From positions 3,880 through 67,879 of the IMG/VR virus record IMGVR_UViG_3300032296_002111: a DNA stretch of 64,000 nt; one strand, 5' to 3'. A program made the translations under genes and the position numbers. A model generated the notes under the pieces. The model did no database searches. It had not been told where the DNA came from and worked only from the letters and a program-made list of their open reading frames with translations. The stretch comes from a virus. Shown here piece after piece: positions 56,811-64,000 of this stretch; positions within the stretch are counted from its first letter, which is position 1; every line of letters begins with the position of its first letter.

Positions 56811-57103
56811 GATTGTACAGAGAAAACGAGTTCAGGTTTGTTTTTGGCGAAGTGGAATTTCACTCCTTGAAATTGTACGAGAACAACGTCTATAAATTCG
56901 CTCTCCCAAATTCTTACAGGCGTTTCGTGCCATAGCCCCATCACCTTATAGTTCCAGTTGTCGTACTTGACAATGATGCTGACATATTCTCGTCCATACT
57001 CGTCGGCAGGATGGTGCTTAAAGTCGTAGAATGTTGCGCCTAACAAATCGTTCATGTAGGCTGCTGTTTCCTCTAAGGAGGAAGGAAGTTTATGCTTGCT
57101 CAT
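56807..57103 (-). CDS. Hypothetical protein
   Basis: ATGA-coupled. Confidence 0.55.
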   Translation of the reverse strand: MSKHKLPSSLEETAAYMNDLLGATFYDFKHHPADEYGREYVSIIVKYDNWNYKVMGLWHETPVRIWESEFIDVVLVQFQGVKFHFAKNKPELVFSVQS

Positions 57104-57242
57104 AGTGTTGCTTGATTAGTTGTTGAATTTTCTTTTTGAGAATCGTTTTGTCTGATGTCCGTACACGGAATGACATTACGGACGTGGTGAAGGGAAGGGG
57201 TTTCCTCCCACGTTTGTTAGGCTTTGGCAGTATTGGCTTCAT
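57090..57242 (-). CDS. Small DNA-binding protein candidate (AT-hook/RHH-like)
   Basis: MKPILPKPNKRGRKPLP..VMSFRVR..; probable internal start of ORF 57090-57347. Confidence 0.5.
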   Translation of the reverse strand: MKPILPKPNKRGRKPLPFTTSVMSFRVRTSDKTILKKKIQQLIKQHYEQA

Positions 57243-57432
57243 GTGTTTCTTTATTGATTTGATTATGTGCTTTCCATGCCCATTCGAGTGAGCGTCCGAT
57301 GTAGTCCTCAGGGCTGTCATCACGAATGACAATTCCTGGTTCTTCAATCAGCAAATGAGCTGCCGTGAGGAGTTGTAGTGCCTTGTCAAGCAATTCCTTT
57401 GCTTGCGTAGCGTCTGAAGGTGTGTAATACAT
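57217..57432 (-). CDS. Hypothetical protein
   Basis: A-rich upstream; ORF track. Confidence 0.5.
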   Translation of the reverse strand: MYYTPSDATQAKELLDKALQLLTAAHLLIEEPGIVIRDDSPEDYIGRSLEWAWKAHNQINKETHEANTAKA

Positions 57433-57481
57433 ATTTGTTTGTGTTTAATTGTTTATGCAAGATTTGTGAAATAAATTGACA

Positions 57482-57784
57482 TTACCAAATTCTGTTTTCA
57501 AAATTGTGAAGAAATTTCTCAGGCGTTAAGAGTTGTTCCGGCCTTTCGTTCATACGTTCCCAATAGAGACGTTCTGTGAGGCCTACAGAAGCCCTGAGAA
57601 CGCTCCATATTCCGTCGCCTGTGTTTAGTTCGGCATGGAGGAAAAGCACGCTCAGGAGGCGTTCTTCTTTGTCGTTACGTATGTCCTCTGGTAGGTCATT
57701 CCAAAGCATTTCAGCTATTGGACTTGGGGAGAGTTCCGCCACCCATTCGATGGCGGATAGGCGGATGAATGTAGTGCGTTTCAT
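57482..57784 (-). CDS. Hypothetical protein
   Basis: ORF track; operon packing. Confidence 0.55.
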   Translation of the reverse strand: MKRTTFIRLSAIEWVAELSPSPIAEMLWNDLPEDIRNDKEERLLSVLFLHAELNTGDGIWSVLRASVGLTERLYWERMNERPEQLLTPEKFLHNFENRIW

Positions 57785-57789
57785 GTTCG

Positions 57790-58074
57790 TTATTGTTTAG
57801 GAGTTAGGTAAACTGACACTGTATTGTAAACCATGTGGTCTGCATGGTAATTTAAGGCAATGGAGGCAAGCGTTAGTAGTCCTTCGTTTTCCATTCCGTC
57901 AATAGCTTCCTGGATTTCCTCAATCCCGCAATATTTGCGGAAGTGTTCTGCCGAAAGGTTGATTTCTTGCTTGTCCTTTTCCGTTATTGTTTCGGGATGG
58001 CAGTAGTCTATTTGAACGGAATAGTTCTTTATGTCTTTCACAATGGAAAGGACATTTTTTGCTGTTGTTTTCAT
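57790..58074 (-). CDS. Hypothetical protein
   Basis: A-rich upstream; ORF track. Confidence 0.55.
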   Translation of the reverse strand: MKTTAKNVLSIVKDIKNYSVQIDYCHPETITEKDKQEINLSAEHFRKYCGIEEIQEAIDGMENEGLLTLASIALNYHADHMVYNTVSVYLTPKQ

Positions 58075-58096
58075 TTTGCTGTTTTGTTTTCAGTTA

Positions 58097-58324
58097 TTAA
58101 ATATTTTCCCATCCTTCGAGGGCTTCCAAGGGCGTACCAATTGGCCGCAATCCGTAGGGTTCTGCATCAAGGTAGTAATCGAATGTAAAGCCTGCTGATT
58201 CCGTTTCTGTAAGCATTTCTGCCAGTTCTGAATAACTAAGGCCGTTTGCTAATTCGTAGCGGTTGAATATAGCCTGTAATGCTTCAGGCCATGTTTCAAA
58301 AGGTGTTTCGAATAAGTCTTTCAT
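58097..58324 (-). CDS. Hypothetical protein (probable start MKDLFETP)
   Basis: GFTFDYYLDAEPYGLRP. Confidence 0.6.
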   Translation of the reverse strand: MKDLFETPFETWPEALQAIFNRYELANGLSYSELAEMLTETESAGFTFDYYLDAEPYGLRPIGTPLEALEGWENI

Positions 58325-58427
58325 GTTGCGTTCTGTTCGGCTTACTTCACCCGTTCCCGTGTTTAATTGTTTGGAGGCCGGAGGAAGTTGCGAACCTCCC
58401 AAAGTGCATATTTCCGGCCTAGTGGAA

Positions 58428-58709
58428 TTAGTAGCTTAACGCTTCCTCAGCATCAAAGTATGTTTCATGAAATGTTTCTTCGCCGTCCTCAAAGTTTGTA
58501 GTAATGTACGTTACAGGACGTCCAAAGCAAGAAGCAATACAGATGCCGTTTTCAAGTTCTATACATACGTAGCCTGTTTGGTTATTGTAGCCAATGTGGG
58601 CTATTTCTTCGCCTCTCATACTTGCGCTATTATTGTACGCTTGCAGGCAAAGGGTGAAAGAGTGAAGGTCTGACGTTCCCAACGTGTTGATAAATTGTGC
58701 TGTGTTCAT
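58428..58709 (-). CDS. Hypothetical protein, first gene of the leftward early block
   Basis: TACATTTG box at 58740-58747 (minus strand). Confidence 0.6.
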   Translation of the reverse strand: MNTAQFINTLGTSDLHSFTLCLQAYNNSASMRGEEIAHIGYNNQTGYVCIELENGICIASCFGRPVTYITTNFEDGEETFHETYFDAEEALSY

Positions 58710-58899
58710 GTTTGTAAATGTTTAATTGTTTTGTTGGGACAAATGTAAGGGAATGGAATTAATGTAAACAAATTAATTTTTTCTAATTTGGCAAAAAGGG
58801 GCGTAACACTACGAAAAAGGCAGAAAAAAAGTTTACACTTTCGAAAGGTGCGTAAGGGAAAAGGAGTCAAATACCTGAAACGTTCTTTCGTGCGCATAG

Positions 58900-59470
58900 G
58901 TGCGGGAAAGGGTTTCCCGAAAGGAATGAAGGAAAGCGAAGGAAGGAAGGGAGGGAAGGCCGTCCCTTTGTTGCGTGGCTTTTCCCTTTTCGGGAAAGGG
59001 TTTCGTCCTTTCGTTCCGCCTTGTTGCGTTTCGGTTTCGTCCTTTCGTTCCGTTCCTTTCGTTTCGTTCCTTTCGTCCTTTCGTCCGTCCGTTTCGGTTT
59101 GGGTTTCGCTGGTGCTTCCGGTTACGTTCAGGATGCGTCCGAAAGGGGTTTCTGTTTCCGTCCTGTGTTGCCTTCCTTTCGCTACGTTACGTTACGCTCA
59201 GGGCAGCTCAGGAAACGACCCCACGGGGTTAAGGATAAACAGTTTCGGAAGAGGACACGAGGCGGGGGTGGGCAGGGGGGCCATCCCCACTTTGTCGTTT
59301 CGCATCACTTTCAGGGGGCCTACTTTTCTTTCCGCTGTGCCTCCTTCCCTTCGCTACCTCATTTCATTCGTCCCTCGTTCCTTGTGCTTACAAAAGTGGC
59401 CTCGTTCCCTCCTTGCCTCCCTCGTTCCTCGTGTCGTTCCTGCCGTGTTCCTCGTGACGTTCCACAAAAT
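58900..59470. repeat. Non-coding low-complexity strand-skewed region (origin/terminus candidate)
   Basis: Repeated ttcgt/cctttcg/cctcgttcc motifs; pyrimidine-rich top strand; between divergent gene blocks. Confidence 0.5.
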
Positions 59471-59811
59471 GTGTTACGCAGAGTGTGGAATGTGGGACGT
59501 TATGGGAAGTTCCTGTGTAAAAAGTGGTAAAAAATTACCGAATTGGTAAAATATTTCCGTTCTGTGTGGTAGAGGGGGACGTTATGGTTTCGTTCCTCGT
59601 GTAACAAGAAGTGTACGTTAAAGGGGCGTTCTTGGGGCTTTACGCCTTGGGATATATATAAGGAGAGGATTTTTAAAAGTGCTATAATTAATTGATGTGT
59701 AGAGGGTTGAGGTGCTTCACTTACACACATTTATTGTGCTAAAATTGTCAAAAAATTACAAGATTTGTTGAATGGATTGTGCTATATTTGCACTTTGTGA
59801 ACAAAAGGGGC

Positions 59812-60372
59812 ATGAAAAGCGTAGGCAAAAAAGTGGCTATTGACAGCTCAAAGTTTGTCAATATTGAGACGGGGGAGTCCTTGGTGGATGTTTATGGAGG
59901 GGAAGTTTCGAGTGTGAACATTCGGACAGAAATGGTGAAGATTGAATATCCAGAGTTCTTCTCCATGAACGTAAAGGCTTACGATTATTTGAGCAAAAAG
60001 TTTACGGAGACAGAAATGTCAAGAATAACGGATATGTGCTGCATGATAAATAGGACAGAGTACAATGTTCTGTATTCAAGAATTACAAGGAAGCCGCAAA
60101 CAAAAAAGACGTTAATGGCAGAACTTGGGGTTCATAGGAACACGTTTGACCCCTTCATTCACAAGCTTGTAAACAATAGTGTCCTGTATTTGCTGTCTGG
60201 AATAGTTAATAGAAGGAAGGTGGTGTATTACATTCTCAACCCCACAATATCCTGCAAGCAACAAGTTTTCCCGAAAAAAAGAATGGAGCTGTTCGAGGAC
60301 TTCACGAAGAAAGAATTAGTCCCATCGGCCTCAAGGATAGACAAGTTTGAACAAAACAAAATAGGGGAATGA
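59812..60372 (+). CDS. HTH protein, RepL-like replication protein candidate
   Basis: FVNIETGE, LMAELGVHRNTF HTH, YYILNP; TATATTTG box at 59783-59790. Confidence 0.5.
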   Translation: MKSVGKKVAIDSSKFVNIETGESLVDVYGGEVSSVNIRTEMVKIEYPEFFSMNVKAYDYLSKKFTETEMSRITDMCCMINRTEYNVLYSRITRKPQTKKTLMAELGVHRNTFDPFIHKLVNNSVLYLLSGIVNRRKVVYYILNPTISCKQQVFPKKRMELFEDFTKKELVPSASRIDKFEQNKIGE

Positions 60373-60680
60373 CAACAAACGACATAAGAAAGGCTATTGT
60401 GCTTATGAAAAGCCTAAAGGACGTAAAGGTTTACATGGAGCTTATAAGTTTTGCAACGTCAAGCACAGGAGACGGCACAGATAAAAACATTGTGGTTCTT
60501 TCCCCTGAAAGGAGAAAAAGGATTGCTGCCGTTGCTGGTGTTGGGCTTAACAACATTCCAAAACATTTGTCTTCATTAAAGGCCCTTGGATTGATTTCTG
60601 GGGAGCGCAATGACTACACGCTGAACAAGCCAAGCATAATCAAGCAGATGCCCACAGAATACGAAAACCATCCGTTTTAG
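60369..60680 (+). CDS. Winged-HTH protein
   Basis: RKRIAAVAGVGLNNIPKHLSSLKALGLI..YTLN. Confidence 0.55.
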   Translation: MTTNDIRKAIVLMKSLKDVKVYMELISFATSSTGDGTDKNIVVLSPERRKRIAAVAGVGLNNIPKHLSSLKALGLISGERNDYTLNKPSIIKQMPTEYENHPF

Positions 60681-60700
60681 AAACAATTAAATAAACATAT

Positions 60701-61087
60701 ATGCCAATTTATCAATTCAATTCAGAGAAGGAGCGTGTCACGAGCCACGAAACGATTCTTGAGGCCCAAGAGATGACGGGAATCTCCGCCAAGAAGATTC
60801 TTTCCTCTATGAATAAAAAGAAAATATGCGAGGAGGGGTGGTATTTCTCCCGCCAGCCGTTCATTGACATCCTTCCTGGCTATACGAGGGGATGGAGTTG
60901 GAACAAGAGCGAACAGGAGGTGGACAAGGGGAAGAAGGTGGTGAAGTGTAATTTCTCCATTTCCGTAGAGTTTAACGAAAGAATAAACAATGTGATAGAT
61001 AGGGACGAAGAAAGAGGGCTTTTCTTTCGGAAGGCCGTTTTAGAATATGTAGAAAAACTTGAAGCAGAAAAAAGCGAATTACAATGA
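60701..61087 (+). CDS. NUMOD1-like DNA-binding protein with C-terminal RHH-like segment
   Basis: PIYQFN..HETILEAQEMTGIS..GWYF; FFRKAVLEYVEK. Confidence 0.5.
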   Translation: MPIYQFNSEKERVTSHETILEAQEMTGISAKKILSSMNKKKICEEGWYFSRQPFIDILPGYTRGWSWNKSEQEVDKGKKVVKCNFSISVEFNERINNVIDRDEERGLFFRKAVLEYVEKLEAEKSELQ

Positions 61088-61302
61088 AAAAACAGACAGC
61101 CCTTTCAATGCTCATAGAGGCATACACGATGTCCGTTACGGGAGATATGGTGAAAATAGTGGTGAAGGAGGAGGTGTTGCAGAAGCTCTTGGAAATGGAA
61201 ATGGAACAGCTCGAGGAAGCCCTTCTTTTGGGGCAGACGCTAAAAGGTGTTAAGTTTGAAGGCGAAATAGAGAAACGATACGAGCAATGCCAGATATTGT
61301 AA
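61084..61302 (+). CDS. Hypothetical protein, KQTA family
   Basis: MKKQTAL..LLEMEMEQLEEA. Confidence 0.55.
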   Translation: MKKQTALSMLIEAYTMSVTGDMVKIVVKEEVLQKLLEMEMEQLEEALLLGQTLKGVKFEGEIEKRYEQCQIL

Positions 61303-61484
61303 TGTGCGAGAACAAGGAGTGCTATTTGGCCAAGAAGTGCTATAGGTATATGGCCGCTCCTAACAGCTACAGACAGGCTTATACACATTTTGAGCCTGAT
61401 GACGAGGGGGATTGTGAATGGTTCATGCCCCTGAACACATGGCGAGTTCCTGAGGACGATGAGTTTGACGAGTTTGACGAATGA
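61287..61484 (+). CDS. Small Cys-rich phage protein
   Basis: MPDIVMC..C..CYRY..RQAY..CEWF. Confidence 0.6.
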   Translation: MPDIVMCENKECYLAKKCYRYMAAPNSYRQAYTHFEPDDEGDCEWFMPLNTWRVPEDDEFDEFDE

Positions 61485-61523
61485 GTGTTTAGTGTTTAAT
61501 TGTTGAAACAAATACGTGGAAAT

Positions 61524-61552
61524 GGGGCGGCTCTTAGCTGCCTCTTTTTTTT
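61524..61552 (+). terminator. Intrinsic terminator
   Basis: ggggcggct-ctt-agctgcctc followed by T-run. Confidence 0.7.
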
Positions 61553-61570
61553 GTTAGTTCATGTTTGTGA

Positions 61571-62641
61571 ATGTCAATTATTTATATATTTGCCTACGAA
61601 ATTTTCTTCCCAATAATGACAAAAGCCTCCGTTGCCGCTGAATTTCGTGCCAAGCATGGCCTTGATGTTCCAATAAGAACGCTTTCTCGAGCCTTGTATG
61701 CTGAACACCCCTTATTGTTTAAAAACTTAGAAGAAGCAAGGTTCTATTTGCGTTACATTGAGGGGAAGGCCGGGGAGCGCTCAAGAGACTATTCAAAAAA
61801 AGTTAGGCCAGAGCTATTGATGGAGGAAAAACGCCCCCTCAATCCCTATTCCCTCCCGAAAGGAGACGAGAGCGAATACGTTCCTTACGTTATTGAAGGC
61901 CCTGCACGCATTGTAGGGCTTTTTGATGTCCACGTTCCCTATCACAGCATGGAGGCGTTAACGTGCGCCATAGACTTCGCTAAGGCCCACGAGGCCGATG
62001 TTCTCCTCATAGGAGGAGATTTTATTGATTTCTATGGCTTGTCACGTTTCGCTAAGGACCCCAATAAGCGTAACGCTACGCAGGAGATATTGATGGCTGT
62101 GGACGTGCTTAAAGCCATATACGAGGCCATTAAGCCACGTAAAGTGATATATAAAATGGGCAACCATGACGAACGATTTGAGCATTATTTGTGGCAGAAA
62201 TACGCAGAGATTCCCCAATTGACGCAGCTGGAGGAATTTTCCTCTATAACGCTTGAGAACGTGTTACGCAAACGCCTCGGAAAGGACTTTCCAATAGAGT
62301 TCGTAGGGGACAAGAGGATAATTAAGGCCGGAAATTTGAACATTACGCATGGCCATGAGTTTCCTTCAGGGATAGCGTCTCCTGTAAACATAGCTAGAGG
62401 GCTTTATTTGAGGGCCAAGGCAAACGCAATGTGTGGACATTCACATCGCACATCGGAGCATTGTGAAACAAATATGAACGATGAAATGATTACAACGTGG
62501 TCAGTAGGGGCTTTATGCGACCTCCATCCCCTCTATATGCCCATCAATTCTTGGAATCACGGCGTGGCCCTCATTACGCTTGACGAGAGCGGGAACGTGG
62601 ACGTTCAGAACAAACGAATAAAGAACGGCAGAATAATGTAA
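61571..62641 (+). CDS. Calcineurin-like metallophosphoesterase (probable start MTKASV)
   Basis: DVH, GGDFID, GNHDER, HGHE, GHSH motifs; TATATTTG box at 61585-61592. Confidence 0.85.
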   Translation: MSIIYIFAYEIFFPIMTKASVAAEFRAKHGLDVPIRTLSRALYAEHPLLFKNLEEARFYLRYIEGKAGERSRDYSKKVRPELLMEEKRPLNPYSLPKGDESEYVPYVIEGPARIVGLFDVHVPYHSMEALTCAIDFAKAHEADVLLIGGDFIDFYGLSRFAKDPNKRNATQEILMAVDVLKAIYEAIKPRKVIYKMGNHDERFEHYLWQKYAEIPQLTQLEEFSSITLENVLRKRLGKDFPIEFVGDKRIIKAGNLNITHGHEFPSGIASPVNIARGLYLRAKANAMCGHSHRTSEHCETNMNDEMITTWSVGALCDLHPLYMPINSWNHGVALITLDESGNVDVQNKRIKNGRIM

Positions 62642-62646
62642 ATTTG
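62639..62646 (+). promoter_or_regulatory. TAnnTTTG box 4 nt upstream of ATG
   Basis: TAAATTTG; ATG at 62651. Confidence 0.6.
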
Positions 62647-62650
62647 CATT

Positions 62651-63490
62651 ATGGCAGATAAGAATTTTAAATCAGGACCAGGGGGGCGGCTGAAAAGGGA
62701 GGAGGCCAGGAACACTCTATATGTGAACAATCCTAACGACCCTCGTTTGCAGGCTTACCGTGATAGCTCGGATTTGTACAACTTTTACAAAACTCAAAAA
62801 TCACTTGAGAGGCCCTCTGATTTTGTGCCAACAAATTTTATAGAATTGCTTAAAACTGGAGAATCAATAAAATTAAGCGATGAAGGGAAAAGAAGAAGGG
62901 ATTTGGTCACAAAAGCTGCTAAAGAAATTCTTGCAAGGAATAAAAACATACAAGTTGGCCTTATAGGCAATCCAACGCCTCCTATATCAGAATACGATGA
63001 AAGAGGTAGTTATGATATAATTCACCCTAAAATAAAGCCAAAAGGGACTTGGAGCGGAACTGCTTTAAATAACGATTATTCAAATGTAAATCCCAGAAGA
63101 ATAGTTGAATATGTTTCTGAAACCCCAAAAGAAACAATTTCAGAAGTAGTAAAAGCAATTCCACCAGTTCAAAGGCCAAGTTTTAAATCTCAGCCTAAGC
63201 CAAAATCAACCCCCGTAATAGAACGCAAAGTTAGCGAAAGGATTGAGCCTCTCGCAACTCGCCAAGCTTCCGCCCTAGCAATTACTCCAAACGACATAAT
63301 TGCTCCCGTAATGCGCCCTGTAAGCGTTCCTGAATCAACGCCTATGAAAGAGCCAATATTGGAAGAGGAAGTTGTTATGGAGCGTCCTGTGGCTCGAAAA
63401 CCTCCGAAAGCCGTTATGCCTACAAGGGCCGGAGGATGGAGTAATCAGCCTTTACTAATGAAGCTCTTCCCGAAACTTTACGAGCGTTAA
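62651..63490 (+). CDS. Hypothetical protein with Pro-rich C-terminus
   Basis: YVNNPNDPRLQAYRDS motif. Confidence 0.6.
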   Translation: MADKNFKSGPGGRLKREEARNTLYVNNPNDPRLQAYRDSSDLYNFYKTQKSLERPSDFVPTNFIELLKTGESIKLSDEGKRRRDLVTKAAKEILARNKNIQVGLIGNPTPPISEYDERGSYDIIHPKIKPKGTWSGTALNNDYSNVNPRRIVEYVSETPKETISEVVKAIPPVQRPSFKSQPKPKSTPVIERKVSERIEPLATRQASALAITPNDIIAPVMRPVSVPESTPMKEPILEEEVVMERPVARKPPKAVMPTRAGGWSNQPLLMKLFPKLYER

Positions 63491-64000
63491 TGCCCCGCCA
63501 CGCCTCCCTTCCGTTCCATTTCTACGTGAACGTCAATAACGCCTTCCTTGGCCCCAATATGCCACAGGGCGTTACGAAGGGAATATGGCACGGGGTGTTC
63601 TGCCGGGAGTTCCAGGTGCTTTCCTGTCACGTTTTCCTTGAGAGCGGGGCGCATTGGAGTGGGCTTCCAATTCAAGCATTGTCAGCCACAGAAGATTTCC
63701 GTTATGACGGGAACGCCCTTATGCCTTGGGCCGGAATGGGAGAGGAAATGGAAGTGGTGTATATGCCGTTCCTTGAGGGCCTAAAGGCAAGCGTTCTGAA
63801 GCCCTTTGAGGGCAACGGGAGGCACACGGGCCTCGTTATTGATTGGAAGGACGGCTACTCCCGCTATCCCTCGGAACACAAGCCCCTCTCCCTCATTCAG
63901 CTTGAAACGGGACAATTCGCCCTGTTGCCGAACAATTACGTCCTTTATGAAGAGAAACACTTCGTGAGCAAGGAGGCAAGGGAACACCTCAAGCATTACA
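63490..64000 (+). CDS. Conserved phage protein, 3'-truncated by the window edge
   Basis: Hand-translated MPRHASLPFHFYV..GAHWSGLPIQAL..EHK..LETGQFALLPNN; TAATG coupling. Confidence 0.65.
   Translation, partial: MPRHASLPFHFYVNVNNAFLGPNMPQGVTKGIWHGVFCREFQVLSCHVFLESGAHWSGLPIQALSATEDFRYDGNALMPWAGMGEEMEVVYMPFLEGLKASVLKPFEGNGRHTGLVIDWKDGYSRYPSEHKPLSLIQLETGQFALLPNNYVLYEEKHFVSKEAREHLKHY

Noticed and set aside
58788-59549. ORFs 58788-59549, 58975-59232 and 59021-59530
   Set aside because: F/R/S/V-rich translations arise from the low-complexity, A-poor tract and are likely spurious.
1-64000. Stop-codon reassignment as seen in some crAss-like phages
   Set aside because: Long genes are intact under the standard code, and TAG and TGA both terminate genes directly before the next start (e.g. 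23322, 26670, 4623).
1-64000. Integron integrase or other tyrosine recombinase
   Set aside because: No ORF shows the R..H-x-x-R..H/W..Y catalytic pattern; one could lie outside the window.

Overview
The window is a 64-kb segment of a tailed dsDNA phage, most likely of a Bacteroidota host (at least 11 TAnnTTTG promoter boxes). It carries a crAss-like podovirus morphogenesis module: TerL, ring/tail proteins, giant cargo proteins, tail stabilisation protein, portal, scaffold, capsid and a 1989-aa fibre. It also has a lysis cluster, auxiliary genes (thyX, GroES, ferritin, MazG-like, glycosyl- and methyltransferases) and a minus-strand block of small early genes at about 46.9-58.7 kb. The main find lies in that block: three integron-like gene-cassette arrays (47751-49231, 51333-52057, 52556-53326) holding 8 cassettes. 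Each cassette ends in a 94-134 bp attC-like hairpin (..AAC..GTT..), and each array starts at a conserved ~31-bp attI-like site. In every cassette the inverse core site complements the core site at that cassette's own left edge, the signature of circular cassettes integrated at G|TT. Unlike canonical integrons, all cassette ORFs are inverted relative to attC and co-oriented with the phage operon, 7 of 8 appear to start inside the attC loop, and no integrase is present in the window. Secondary observations include a recoded duplicate gene tail flanking array 3, a tRNA-like RNA with an elongated anticodon arm, a beta-clamp-like domain within a giant virion protein, and promoters spaced for leaderless mRNAs. 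All calls are by eye; no database searches were run.
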